64,000 nt of DNA from Octopus vulgaris (lineage: Eukaryota). Both the position numbers and the translations under genes were made by a program. Positions 26,555 through 40,872 of this stretch are shown here, piece after piece. Numbering within the stretch: the stretch's first letter is position 1; each line of letters starts with the position of its first letter. The DNA lies in contig OX597825.1 of the NCBI GenBank assembly GCA_951406725.2, positions 8,618,001 to 8,682,000 on the forward strand, given 5' to 3'. The notes under the pieces were generated by a model. The model saw nothing but the letters and a program-made list of their open reading frames with translations, made no database searches and was not told where the DNA came from.

Positions 26555-26670
26555 TTCTTTTCTATTCTAGACACAAGACTCTTAAAATTTTGGGGGAGGC
26601 GGCCAGTCGATTAGATCGACCCCAACACGCAACAGGTACTTAATTTATCGACCCGAAAGGATGAAAGACC
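26555..26670 (-). mobile_element. SINE family B, 3' fragment
   Basis: GTCGATTAGATCGACCCCAA..GGTACTTAATTTATCGACCCGAAAGGATGAAAG. Confidence 0.8.
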
Positions 26671-26744
26671 AAAAACAAACAAAAAACACAAATTGAAGAT
26701 CATATTATCACATAATCATTGAAATAAAGTCTAAATGGTATGTC

Positions 26745-27138
26745 TTTTATCTCTTCTACTTGTTTCAGTCTTTTGACTTTGGCCATGCTGGAGCACCGCC
26801 TTTAGTCGAGAAAATCGGCCCCAGGACTTATTCTTTGTAAGCCTAGTACTTATTCTATCTGTGTCTTTTGCCGAACCGCTAGGTTACGGGGACGTAAACA
26901 CACCACCATCGATTGTCAAGCGATGTTGGGGGACAAATATAGACACACACACACATATATATATATACATATATACGACGGGCTTCTTTCAGTTTCCGTC
27001 TACAAAATCCACTAACAAGGCTTTGGTCCACCCGAGGCTATAGTAGAAACACTTGCCCAAGGTGCCATGCAGTGGGACTGATCCCGGAACGATGTGGTTG
27101 GTAAGCAAGTTACTTACCACACAGACACTCCTACGTCT
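26745..27138 (-). mobile_element. SINE family C, full copy (tRNA head, CORE-like CCTTGGGCAAGT, internal CA/TA microsatellite)
   Basis: High similarity to the 39030-39499 copy; the minus-strand head carries A/B-box-like TGTGTGGTAAG..GGGATCAGTCCC followed by ACCTTGGGCAAGTG. Confidence 0.9.
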
Positions 27139-27452
27139 AAACAAGTATAGTTATTAGGTCCACTTGGTTTTGCAGTGAGACGAATAGGTGTATGCAGGAT
27201 GTTTGTGATTACTACATGCCTACCTGTGATAAGTACACTGTATATGTTGCGTGTACACGGTTTGCTCTAATGAACATTCCAGGTTAGTAACACACGAAGA
27301 GATTTTGAATCTACAAGACAGTCGTAGCATTAATAAAGTGGCGAATGGTGACGAAATATCTTCGGCACCCTATTTCACCGATCGAATAATTGATCAAGCA
27401 AGAGTGTAGTTTATTGACTAATAAACTGATCGATTGTTTGGTTAATCTTGAT

Positions 27453-27478
27453 AAATAATAATAATAATAATAATAATG

Positions 27479-27511
<33 letters not shown>

Positions 27512-27706
27512 GTAGTAATGATAATAATAAGAATAATCATAATAATTACGTTTATATATATGGCTAAACTGCCAAAATGACCATTCTTAAATACAACAAC
27601 AATAATAATAATAATAATAATAATAACAACAACAATAATAATAATAATAACAACAACAATAATAATAATAACAACAATAATAATAATAATAATAATAATG
27701 AGAAGA

Positions 27707-27738
<32 letters not shown>

Positions 27739-27822
27739 AAGAAGAAGAAGAAGAAGAAGAAGAAGAAGAAGAAGAAGAAGAAGAAGAAGAAGAAGAAGAA
27801 GAAGAAGAAGAAGAAGAAGAAG
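27453..27822. repeat. Compound trinucleotide microsatellites (AAT/AAC)n, (TAG)n, (GAA)n
   Basis: Direct reading. Confidence 0.97.
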
Positions 27823-30652
27823 AGCCTTTATGTTTGTAATTTACAAAACGTGTTTAAACCCAATTTTCAAATAAATGCACACAAAAAAAAGCTAATGTCA
27901 TACACGGCAGATTATCAGAAGTATCGTAGGTTAGTTTCACGTTATGATAGAAGGCATCAGTCCCAGCCTTTCTTTGAACTCTAGCAAATCCGTCGCAAGA
28001 AGCTCAACCTCACAAATATCACGGAAATTAAAGCGCACATACATCAAAGAGAAAATTCCCATAGGTATCAGCCTACAGAATGGAAGAAAAGAGATTCCAT
28101 TACGTGAAATAAGATTTGACCTCACAACATCTGAGAAGACACACTAATAGAAAGGAGTATCTGAGAATAAATAATAACCTGGAAATGATAATTCCAAAAG
28201 AAACTGAAACACTAAAAGAAAATGCTACTACAATAACAATAATTACAACACCACGAAGAATTACCGACTAGATAAAAAGGGCCATGTCCAAAGAATAATA
28301 ATGGAAGTACTATGACAAGAGAGTACACTATCAAGGACATTTAGTTTAGACAAACCAACAAGACCGATGCGATGCATGATATTGTACAACGAGACCAAGA
28401 TGATATATCGGTCTTTAAATTATCGCCAAAATGTGTAGCATTAAAGAAAGTTACTGATATATCCTGAGAAAATATCCTTACTAACATTATCAGGAAATCA
28501 GGAAAATAGTAATTAATCAACAAGAAATAATACTCACAGCCAACGACAGTATTACAAAAACAATAGAAATTATGACCTCAATCACGATAAAAGAAAAGGA
28601 AGTTCCACTATAGTAATTATAATGAAAACGCCATCCATACAGATACAAATTTAAACAATAATAACAGCAAAAGTAATTATGGCAATTACAGTAACAACAA
28701 TAGTAACAAAAAATGAGAAAAACACTACACCCATCTCTTGTAACAGAAGTAACAGGCAAAGGTAATCTTTGGCTTAACTAGATCACGGCATTAATCCCTT
28801 CATAAGAGACTCTAATAGAAATGATGATGATGATGGCGTTTAATAAATTCTTCAGGTTCATTCGCTACATTTGACATACTATATACAGCAGCGAGCGACC
28901 TCACAACTTTCGTACCCATAGGTTATCTCACCCATTAAACACGACGTAATTGATGTCGCTGCATTCTCAAATGTTACTGACCTCGGACAACCTCACAGCA
29001 ATACACAGTATTTTTTACCGCTTCAAACATATACAACATTACTTCTTTTTGCTACTTTGCGACCGAATGTCACCCATGGAATCCATAACATTTTCTTCTA
29101 GCGAGTGTTTTCAAATTACCTCAAAAACTCTTCATTCTTGATTTCGTCCATCAAATATAAAATGCCCATAACTGCGTCTAAGAATCTTCAAATAACTTGG
29201 AACGGAATCAGCCTGTTATTAAAAATGTGCATGTATGTACAAATATGTATATTTATTATTTTACAGCATGTTCTGCATGTGCACCTCTCTTGATATATAA
29301 ATGGAGGGCTTATGCATTTCGAATATTCTGTCTATTGAATAAACTTGAAGTTTAATAAGCGGTATGATTGCGCGCACGAAATCATAAATAACCCTGGTGC
29401 ATACCGTGTTCAAAGACATGTTAGATAACGATTCTGATAAACTGCATTTGTGGTTTTGATGTAGATTTTTTTTTTCATATTTGATTACAAATGATTCTGT
29501 AAGGAAAACGGCGTGTATAATTATTCGTGGCAAATAGCTTTCACAGCATCCATAGAAAGTTAATTAATCTGTTATGTTATTTACAAATATTCTTTGCTTT
29601 TATTTCTAATAATGAAATAATTGTTAATTTGCTCTAGACCAAAATATTCGCATGTGATAAATTGTCTATTTATTCTGATTAGAACTGTCGAAGCTAGGAA
29701 ATTATAATTAATCTGAGTAGCTCGGAGGAGTGATAGAAAGACTACAGCTGCGGAGGAAATGTATTTCACGTATTCATATTCAGCCGTTTACTGTTATTTT
29801 TAATGTGTCTAAAGTGAATGAATTATGTCGTCGTAATTCTCTTGTGTCTGTTTAATTGACTTTCTTCTCCCCACCGTACAGTTTTAGCTCCGAGGCAATA
29901 AAATAAATTAAGTATATAGATGATTATATACAAATACCATATTAGATGCAGTAGTTGATATGAGCTTTACAGTCTCACATTTTAAATGTATATTCACTAC
30001 TTTTAAATTTCGCATGCTATTCTTGTGATGAGATTCGGTCACCATTGTCTGTATTGAAAACGTTTCAACTCAACTAAATGTCATCTCAAAAGTACTGGTG
30101 AACTTGCTTCACTATAAGTAAGTACATTTTCACTAACACGAAATATACTTCTCTAAGGCAACAAATGGGCTCAATACAAATACATTCAAATGTTCATCAC
30201 ATTATTAAACTGCCGACATTTTAGGTTATTCCAATAGTAAATAGCATTCATAACCGTGCATATGTCTACTGCTGTCTATAATTAACTTTCATCTAAAGTA
30301 TTAGTGTATAAATAAGACCTCATGATTATAGTTCATAAAATGAAGGTAATATCGATGGAATATCACATGATAAGATAAAAAAAACTTTTGAAATGTCCGT
30401 ATGTGTTTGTTACATAATTAATTCTTAAACATTTTTCAGGCATTTTATTTTCCTCAAAATCATTCAGTGCAGACATTTTGTGAGTAACAAGTGCACAGTC
30501 TATAATAACCGAAATATCAGCTCAAACTGTGATATTTGTGAAGTATTTTGCGAAGACTAAATATATATCCACTGCATAGTTATAGATTTATAAACAGCAA
30601 TCAATAATGTTTGAAACTAAAAAAAATTCATTGCGCGCTGAGAATTGTATGT

Positions 30653-30761
30653 GATTATTAGCTAATCCAATTTTACATGAAATACTGTACCGCGCTTACC
30701 TTTCGCTGGCTTAACCGGACTTAGTTTTATATACGATGAAAGCGAAGAAGGATATATGAAA
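30653..30761 (+). repeat. About 108-bp dispersed direct repeat, copy 1
   Basis: TTAGCTAATCCAATTTTACATGAAATACTGTACCGCGCTTA..TAGTTTTATATACGATGAAAGCGAAG recurs at 32188. Confidence 0.88.
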
Positions 30762-31748
30762 TCAAGAAACAAAAATTATAATTCCACGCTTTGAAATTAT
30801 ATTGCACGTTATAAAGTTTCTTATACGTGCTGGTCTATGAAATGACTAACAAAAAACAAAATGTGAATTATTGTTTCGATGGAACAATTTCTGATACCAT
30901 TGGCAATTGGAACAAAAGAAAACTGTTTCGAATCAAAATCCTAAAAGGACACTAAATAGTTCAGCATGGATCACACTCAACATTCTGCACCAAGCTTCTC
31001 CTTTGGAAATATTGATACTAAGGTATGCCTCTAAAAATATATCATACCTGAAGAGGTAATATAGAGCTAAAAATATCTCATAATCCTCCGTTTAAACAGT
31101 TATCGAATTATTAAAATTATATTACCAAATTTACCGTTTACCTGAGATGATGGTTTGATATAGGTACCAAATTCATCACCGACTTTATAGAGGACTTATG
31201 CTGCAATGTTAGCGAAGATAAGCAAATATCTGTGCGTTTCTCAAATGACTATAATTTACGACCAGTTCGTAATTTCATATTCTACCGCCTTACATACAGG
31301 ATACATTTAAGTACGTAATCGTGTCCAAACAAAATCTGTGAAAAACTCAGTATGATCTGTACTGCAATAATTTTTATCAGTTGTATTCACAAATTCTACT
31401 GATTTGATGCTAAACAACAACAGCGGATATTAGAGCCTTCGCTATGCACATCGTCAGAACTTTCTCCCAATGGCCTTATCTTACTGCATATACTAAATTT
31501 ATGACGCAGTATGCATTAAAGGTAATAAGAGGTAATTATGCAGAGACACAAGAATGTTATTCAATTATTTATGTGTTAATTACATCGGAAATTACGCTGG
31601 ATTGTCTCCCGAAATATTTCAATCTTAATACATCTCGTGGGCAAACGCTATTACGGTCTTGGCGATGAGAGAATCGCAGAATAGGTGAAATTATATACTG
31701 TAAGTGGAAACATACAATAGATTTAAAATGATGTTAATGTTTCTAATA

Positions 31749-31943
31749 TTGGTTTCAAACTGTGGGAAGGAGGCTAGAGATTTTGTTGAACAAGGCTAGT
31801 GAAAACTACAGCTTATTAGACAATTATTTTAGAGACTCCGAAATGATGAAAGACAAAATCGACATCAGAGGAATTTGAAGTCAGAATGTAAAGAAGAACG
31901 AAATGCCGCTAAGCTTGCTCACAATTCTGCCAGTTCGCCACCA
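31749..31943 (-). mobile_element. SINE family B copy (decayed)
   Basis: GATGAAAGACAAAATCGACATCAGAGGAATTTGAAGTCAGAATGTAAAG..GAAATGCCGCTAAGC..TTCTGCCAGTTCGCCACC. Confidence 0.7.
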
Positions 31944-32187
31944 AATTAATGTTTCTAATATTGGACACACAATTATTGCTGTTACCAATCGAGAAAAATC
32001 TTGTCAACGAAGAACTGCTCAAATAGAGATTGATATCAAACTTTACATATTAGGTGTTGATACATTAAGATAAGCCTACTTATGGGACAGTAAAGTTACG
32101 AGATTCAAATGGTCTATGTTTTAGTTTCAGGTCCGCTAACACACATGTTACTCACTGACTTATTCACTTGTTGAATCACAGAGGCTG

Positions 32188-32296
32188 GATTGTTAGCTAA
32201 TCCAATTTTACATGAAGTACTGTACCGCGCTTAAATTTCGCTGTCGTAACCGTACCTAGTTTTATATACAATGAAAGCGAAGTAAGGTATATGAAA
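32188..32296 (+). repeat. About 108-bp dispersed direct repeat, copy 2
   Basis: Matches 30653-30761 with scattered substitutions. Confidence 0.88.
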
Positions 32297-32339
32297 CACA
32301 GTTTGGAGCCTCATAACGGATCCCTCTAATCGAGAGACA

Positions 32340-32820
32340 TTCAGACTCCTTTCTAAGTGTCACTATGTCATACATCCATTTGGGAATGAAAACGAAGACT
32401 GTGTTTATCTGAAAAGAAAGGATGAACGTCATAAAACTTGAATTTAACGCAAGGACAACAGAAGAAATATTAAGCTTCCTCCTCGTGACTGGATACAATA
32501 ATAATGCAATTATAGCACCGCCTATGTCTTAACAACACTGACATTATCTTATCTCACCATAGATCAGAGGAGAGAAATCGTCAATGTTGGTGCACATGTA
32601 TAATCAGGGAATCGTTGAACGACATGGTAGACGGTCGGCCTAAAATCTTACTTCCATGGGACATGCCAACGAAATCTCATTCATACGAAGCACAGAAATA
32701 AAATGAAGCCACATGGGAGATTGTCACAACTTAGGAATCGTGAGTGGATAAAATATATTCCTCCTGAAGTTCGCCTCTATATGGGACTTCTCCGGAAAAA
32801 AATTTAAGACGAGATGACAA
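32340..32820 (+). mobile_element. Very old CR1/L2-like RT C-terminal remnant
   Basis: Degenerate motifs in the expected order: KLE..R, YLTIDQRRE, W..IPPEVR, KFKTR. Confidence 0.3.
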
Positions 32821-34587
32821 GAATCAGAGCCATACAGTTCTGTATCAAAAATATTTTCCGCTGTTCACAGCAAAATTTTATGCTGATTCTTAGAAATGTT
32901 TATTGCATAAGCAAACTACCAGTATCACATAGATATACACACCAAAGGTTTTTCGAAGGGAAGCTCACGGATTTTATTTCTGTACCACATATTTCGCATC
33001 TTTGACCACACTGTTATGCAAGTACGAGGAAAGAGAGGTTGCATTGATTATAATCTAGTTACTTGAAGGTAACAGTTTCATAGACAGGTGGCTGGAGGTC
33101 AACAACAGTATCTGATGTATGATGACCTTTAAACTACATCGTATGAAAGATTGAATTTTGTAGCGTAGTAAAACAAATCGCAATTCCAGTGAAGACTTTG
33201 GTTGAACAAATGGGAAATGTGCACAGGTTTTGCCGCTCAGAAATGGTGGTTCAAACGTCTTCCAAGTTCGACTTACCGCATTGTTGTCTTATATGTATGG
33301 GAAGGAAAGGAAAAATGATTTTTCTTCCGTGTTGACACCTGGCACCTCTTTATTCTTTAAAATGCATCGAACGCGCAGGAAATGAAAGAACAGAAATGCA
33401 ACAATATACAACGTACAACCTAACATTTGGTAATATGCAACCTCACATTTGGTAATGTACGCGTGTTTCTTGTATTGTGTAGAAACATCGAACTTTCCTA
33501 AATATACCTGGTGACTGAGAATTTTAAAGGGTAATTTTTCGTGGTATTAGACAATTTTTGAAATATTCATGTTTAGAATATGCGTTGGTTTATTCTCATA
33601 TATAAATATAAACACAAAATTATACATGTGTGTTGTCTTTTTAAAGTGTATTGGCATATACACATATATGCACATATATTTATACAAATGTATACGTGGA
33701 GAGAGAGAGAGCGTGTGTGTGAAAGAAAAAAGACAGCGGAGAAAATATGTAGCATTTAAATGTACACATGGTATTGAAGGAAAATAGGCAGAGGGACATT
33801 TTCAAGAAAGTGATCGTATTTCAATACAAATCATGAGAATTGTTATTTCTACGAAAACATATATTTCAAATTCCCTTTTCATAGAATGTCATACACGTTG
33901 ATTTGATTTCTGATAGGGTTCACTTATGCATATTCCGCTTTAGAAATGGCACGATGAAACTGTGTTGAACATACGGTTTTCTGAAATCAAATCTATTACC
34001 ATGGCAATACCTTGTTTGTTTGCCTGAACAATAACTATCTGAATCAATTCAATAACTTTTAACGAATAAATAAACCTATGTTGCTTATAACGAACATACA
34101 CTCTCTATATAAATAAGATGGATAACTTTGGCGTGACAATAAAGCTATTTAGTGCTTCGCTTGAACTAGAAACATAAAGCCATTACCAAATAACTGAAAA
34201 CACCAATCGATAATCATTGAATATATTCAGTCAGTATTGAATAATAACATTGACATCATCATCATCATTGGTTGATTTACGTGATGGGAAGTAATTCGTA
34301 AATGGAGTCTATAAATTATGCCATATCGTATAATGTAACTATTAATTACATAGTATTGGGAGACTCATACATAATGGGGGTCATGTCGCACTAGTGTAAG
34401 AAATGAATAGAATGTATATGTAGTGGAAAATTATGTTTGGATATCGTACAAATAACTCATTTAATGTATCTCTTAACTTCTCTAACGTTACATTGGCCTA
34501 TGCATCAGAAATATTTAAATTGTCTCAATACAGAATTTTACACTTTTAAAAAGATAAAAATTTGTGCATTGATATACACTTTTACTA

Positions 34588-34715
34588 TCTTACTCTTTTA
34601 TTTGTTTCAGTCACTTGATAGTGGCCATGCTGGAGTACCTCCTTTAGTCGAACAAATCGACACCAAGACTTATTCTTTGTAAGCCTAGTATTCATTATAT
34701 CGGTTTCTTTTGCCG
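34588..34715 (-). mobile_element. SINE family C, 3' fragment
   Basis: TTGTTTCAGTCA..GGCCATGCTGGAG..CCTTTAGTCGA..GACTTATTCTTTGTAAGCCTAGTA..CTTTTGCCGA, then (TA)n. Confidence 0.85.
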
Positions 34716-35209
34716 ATATATATATATATATATATATATCATTGACACTTTACAGATACGCAAACAAAAAGAGAAAACAGTTGTTTAAGAAAACGTACTA
34801 AGGGATTAGACGAGATCATCGGGCCTAAACGATGAAATTTAGGCCTCCCGAATAATAATTTACAGCATAATATTAAATACACGTACAAAATGAAACGGAC
34901 ATGCGTTTGATATAATATATAAATTAGTTAAACATATATAGATTGAAAATCTGATGATCTTCGAACATTTTCCCAAACTTACATATAATGATGCAATTAA
35001 AATCTAAACGTGAATGTTCATCAAAATAAAAGCAAATGTGTAATCCGATTCCTCTTCTACGTATTTAATTTTATATGCAATGGTATATGACCGGAAAATG
35101 CTGCTATTTTATTATGTAAACTAAGTGAAATATAGCTACTCGTTTTTGTGTCTCTAAATGAGTTGTGAACAGGACAAAATGTAATTTTGGTACTTAGATA
35201 CGTTCTTAT

Positions 35210-35596
35210 GGAAGCACTCCGTCAGTTACGACGACGAGAGTTCCGGTTGATCCGAATCAACGGAACAGCCTGCTCGTGAAATTAACGTGTAAGTGGCTGA
35301 GCACTTCACAGACACGTGCACCCTTAACGTAGTTCTCGGGGATATTCAGCGTGACACAGAGAGTGACAAGGCCGGCCCTTTGAAAATACAGGTACAACAG
35401 AAACAGGAAGTAAGAGTGTGAGGAAGTTGTGGTGAAAGAGTACAGCAGGGATCATCACCATCCCCTGCCGGAGCCTTGTGGAACTTTAGGTGTTTTCGCT
35501 CAAAAAACACTCACAACGCCCGGTCTGGGAATCGAAACCGCAATCCTATGACCGCGAGTCCGCTGCCCTAACCACTGGGCCATTGCGCCTCCACTT
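35210..35596 (-). mobile_element. SINE family A, full copy with 12-bp target-site duplication
   Basis: Reverse-complement match to 59326-59703; ATACGTTCTTAT at 35198-35209 and 35597-35608. Confidence 0.93.
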
Positions 35597-36959
35597 ATAC
35601 GTTCTTATACACTGTGCATGAATACATTCCTGGGATCAACCTTATCTTTTATAGTTTATATGACAGTTAATATTCTTACTCCCTGTATGGAAATCCCTTC
35701 TTTTATGTCTGGCGAAAGATCATCATTTCTCTTTACAAGTTAGCCATCATGACTTTAAAGTAACAATTTCATCGCAATTCCGAAGGGAATTACTTGAAAT
35801 TTACAGAAACTTCTTCCTTTGTTAACATATTCATGTCGCGAAGACATTTATGAATTCGGTTTATGAAATACTAAATGAGACTCATGATTAAAGAATTCGT
35901 ATATTATATCCGGATAGTGAATTAGCCACTGCTATAATCATGACGATACCGGTTTGACTTTGACTCTCTTTAACAAATCAAAATAATTTAAATCCTCTTA
36001 ATTCTACCTCAGTTCATCTAGTTGTATTTATTTATTGCTACTTTTCATAAAATAACCTATATTTGTTTTACGCTCAATGTGCATTTTCGCTTTTTTTTCT
36101 CCTTACTTTCCCCATACCTTTTCCACATATGAGTGCTGCTTTTTGTTCCAACGTTGCATGACTGCAATCTTGAAGATGAGATGTCATAAGCGGGTTGTTT
36201 CTTTTACATTGACAGTGCCGTTTATTACCTATCAGATTGCATGTATATATATTATTATGTATGACTTTATGCATGTGTGCAAAACTGTACGTTTATACGT
36301 GTGCATCCTGGCATTGGTGAATGTGCGTGCATGTGTGTATGACCATGTGCATGTATGTATTTGCGCTTGTGGGTGTTTGTGTAAAATAGTTCCGATTTGT
36401 TCTTGTCCTTCTATAGTTGCATTTACCGATCGGCAACGCTGTACACATTTTCAATGGGGTTATTCTGAAAAGAGAAATAAAACTTTAAATTGAGAAAACA
36501 TTACACCAGTTGAAGAACACTAACAACAACATGAAAAAGAAAAAAAAAATCTCCGAAGTAAAACACAACAGTAGAAGATATTTTTGCAACAAAGGAAAAA
36601 CCTTATGATACATATTGAAAGCTTTGATTACAAGCTGATATTATTATTTCCGTACAAAAATATCTATTAGTCGTCGAAAAATACCTGATGTTGTTGTTAA
36701 AGCAGTTAATATCGTCAAATGTGGTCATTTTGCTGTGTTTCTATTAATGCATCGATCGAGCGTATAAAACATAATGAAAGGACTAAGATATATGTAATCA
36801 CAGAACGTGTTTCAAATATGATTATTGCATCTGTTATTTGAAGGGGAACTATCGCCAAAACTGACAAAAGGATCCAAAGAATACGTTTTGAATGTTTATG
36901 TGCTTTTGGGGGATGTTCCTTGATTTATTGTTTTCTGATAAATTTATATCAATTATTAC

Positions 36960-36994
36960 ACACACACATGAGCGCACATACATACACACACACT

Positions 36995-37091
<97 letters not shown>

Positions 37092-37112
37092 ATATATATG
37101 TGTGTGTGTGTG

Positions 37113-37151
<39 letters not shown>

Positions 37152-37244
37152 GTATATATATCTGAAAATATACACACAGATGTATTTATAGAAGAATATG
37201 CAAGTTTTCTATATATATATGTATGTGTATGTGTTTTTGCGTGT

Positions 37245-37298
<54 letters not shown>

Positions 37299-37317
37299 AA
37301 ATATAAATATAATTATG

Positions 37318-37350
<33 letters not shown>

Positions 37351-37400
37351 ACCTATATACATACTGTCATACATACATATATACATACACACACGGAAAT
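36960..37400. repeat. Compound (TA)n/(TG)n microsatellite tract
   Basis: Direct reading. Confidence 0.95.
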
Positions 37401-39029
37401 ATATATATCTGCATCTATATATGCAAACACTTCATTGATTTTTTAAAATCAATATCCTTTACATAAGTCAGGTTTTTTTCTTACACATATTTCCTGGCCT
37501 AATTCGATTTTAATTCATTCTTTACATATCTGTCACGGTATACTGTTTTTATATAATTACATAACCCAACTCATTACATTCTTTTTTCTTTATTAAGATA
37601 AATCCTAAAACATTGTTTCTGTGTTTATATGCACATTTTTACTTCTTAAAACTTGTATTTAATCTCCTGATTTACTTTTACCAGTTATTTGATTGTATTT
37701 TTATTGAGCATTATATTTTTTTAACATACTTCATATTTTATACGGAATGTTTGCTTATAAAATCTTATGTTATTTGTGAATATTAATGCCGTAATATCTG
37801 CCATTCTTTTCCTTTTTTTCCTGTAGATAAATTTTATTATTGTCATAATGGTGATTTATTGTCACATTAACATCGAACCGTTTTCATTAAATTCTTCTTG
37901 TTCGTATTTATACTGGCGTTAATGATAAATAGCGATGAAAATGGTAAATTATTGTTCCATGATGACTACTTCGTCTACACAATAAAACGATTCGTCTTCA
38001 TCTACTGACTCGCGAGAATATAGGTGCCACTTCTTCTTATCTCAATACAGTCCAAGCAGCAATCATAAAAAGTATTTCTCACATATTTCTTAACACATTA
38101 TTGTGCTCTAGCTTGTCACTGCGATCGACTTCTATGTACGTTAACTGAGCCATTAAATACTGAGCTAGTAGCTATTGTTTTCTTAATCAGAAATGATTAT
38201 ACAACTATACATAGAATTATTTCACAAAGCACATGCCTTATGATCACTATTTTCTGTAAAGTACGAGTAAGCCTGATATGATAATGACATATCGACAATA
38301 TATTCAGTTTATTATAGAAAGCTTCGAGGTTATGCAACAAACAAAACGGCCCAAATTTATGATGACAAATAAACTTAATATTGGATTTTTAAAATATTTG
38401 AAATATTAATCAGAAGCTATTGCATAACATGCAGTATCTTTAATTTCAGAGATCACGTGCAGTAAATATTGTCAAATAATTGATAAAACGAACGCAGTGC
38501 TTTCGTCCATATTTTTGTTGAGATTGGTCTTCTTTGAACCTAAATTAATGAAAATGGTTACCGCCATGAGAATAATGATATCAAGATCCTTCCAAGTCGA
38601 GTTAGATAACGTTTTCTATTGCGGAATTAAACTTTTCATAAGGATTCATCTGTTAAGAAGACTAATTTGCAATGAAGACTTACAAATATTTGTAGAACCT
38701 AACGCTGTTATAGAGGGCGCATATAAGGACGTTAAAGATCACACTGGCGCAACGTTCAGTGATACGTGTGTGTACCCAGTCACGTGACAAATACTCAAGA
38801 CTAACATTCACTGGATACGTTCTACACATGCTATATTAGTTAGGTATGTACTCTTTATTTTACAGTGGAAACTCTTTTACACAAAGTCATGTGGAATTAC
38901 GAGTATGCAGGTATGGATATGTATGAATATATATGTGTGTGTATGCAAGTGTACTTGAATGTATAGATTAAAGCGTTTGACAGAGTGTGTATCTAAATTT
39001 ATAACTACGCTATGCTTACTCTTTGCCCT

Positions 39030-39266
39030 TTATTCTTTTACTTGTTTCAGCCATTTGACTGCAGCCATGCTGGAGCACCGCCTTTAGTCGAGCATATCGA
39101 CCCCAGGACCTATCATTTGTAAGCCTAATACTTATTCTATCGGTCTCTTTTTCCCGAACCGCTACGTTACAGGGACGTAAACGCACCAGCATCGGTTTTC
39201 AAGCGATGTTGTGAAGAGAGGGGCAAACACAGACACAGAAACATAAATATACACATACACACATAC

Positions 39267-39335
<69 letters not shown>

Positions 39336-39499
39336 TACGGCGGGCTTCTATCAGTTTCCGTGTACCAAATCCGCTCACAAGGCTTTGGTCGACCCGATGC
39401 TATAGTACAAGGCACTTGCCCAAGGTGCCATGCAGTGGTAATGAACCCGGAACCATGTGGTTGGTAAGCAAGCTACTTACCACACAACCACTCCTGCAC
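39030..39499 (-). mobile_element. SINE family C, full copy with expanded internal microsatellite
   Basis: Matches 26745-27138; internal (CATA)n(TA)n at about 39255-39338. Confidence 0.92.
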
Positions 39500-40604
39500 T
39501 TACATGTGAACATGTGTCTTCAAGTATGCATAATGTTATGCATGGATGTAGAATGAGTATAAAATATTATACACTATTGATACAATGGCTAAACTTCACG
39601 ATGTATTTCTTCATATACGGAGGCGTTGATGCCCAAACACCTTGTTTTCGAACTTAGGATTTTTTTTTCGCTGTGAAGTGTGCCTGTAAGTTCCCTCAGA
39701 AATTATGAAATGTAAAACTAAACAGCAGTCCGATGAGGTAACTTACTACCGATCATGTACGAATTGTATGAACTTCCATTTCCGGACCTATATAAAAGGA
39801 TGCAACGCTGTAATACAGCTATCGTATACTGTGCTTATATTTTATTCTATTATATACTGTGATTCTAGCAATAAAAGCGTGAACCTTTAAAGAAATAACC
39901 CGTTTCATTTTGTGAATCTGTTTATGATAACATTCATTGGTGTCTATGTCACCTTCCACTTCCCACTCTATGCATTACGCATGACAAATGGAAACATTGC
40001 TAGCGTAAGTTCTTTTAATATTCCATTCTAATTTTGCAGGTGCTATTACACAAATTGCGCGTGTTAGAAGTGTTGTGTGTTTAAAATTTTCTATTGTATG
40101 CTTGTATATTGTTTACGACAACTAAATTTCATTTTGTTTGCGGTATTTCGTTTCCTTTTTTTTTTTTAGAGAGTAGGGCTTTTAGGGTTTCCTTCAGAAT
40201 CAAAATATGTTCTAAATTAGAGAATGGCGGTAGTACAATTGAATGCATCATTAAATTATCAAGACAGAAAATTTAAAGCTATAAAGATGCGAAGAAAAAT
40301 TAGCAATAATTAGCAAGCTAATTAGCACTGGGACTATTGAAGCTAAAATAGGTTGTAACCGTGCTATGGATGAGTCCATATTACAATATTATTGAAAACA
40401 CACATTTCTATTAATGAGAATGAAATGCTTCTACGGCATTGAACTCCCAAGCAACGAGATGCAGAAGTGCTTCGAGAATCGAGTCGGAACGAGATTTCTC
40501 AATTTCGATCAAAAATCAAAATCATAATCGCTTTGATGTCAGTAAAATGGCTGCAAAAACAAGGGTTTTTTTTCTTCTACGAGTTAAATTATAATAATGG
40601 ATTT

Positions 40605-40800
40605 AGTTTCAAATTTTAGAATAAGTATTCAGTTTTAGGAAGGGAGACTTAGCCGAATACACCGATGGCAGAAATTGATATTTTATCGACCAGGAAAGGG
40701 TAAACGGCAATGGTGACCAAAGTAGCATCTGATCGGATTATGAAAAGACGGAAGGAATGCCTTTAAGTATTTTCTCTGAAGCACTCCCATTTCGCAGCCT

Positions 40801-40801
<1 letters not shown>
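40605..40801 (-). mobile_element. SINE family B copy (very decayed)
   Basis: TTTCAAATTTT..TATTTTATCGACCAGGAAAGGGTAAACGGCAA..CGCAGCCT, colinear with the 8655 copy. Confidence 0.55.

Positions 40802-40803
<2 letters not shown>

Positions 40804-40872
<69 letters not shown>

Noticed and set aside
38497-38787. 96-aa plus-strand ORF
   Set aside because: No recognisable domain or splice context; the opposite strand only weakly resembles a LINE endonuclease (DIIILM..).
40005-40080. Donor GTAAGT followed by strong acceptor CTAATTTTGCAG
   Set aside because: The implied intron is only about 35 nt and there is no good downstream donor.
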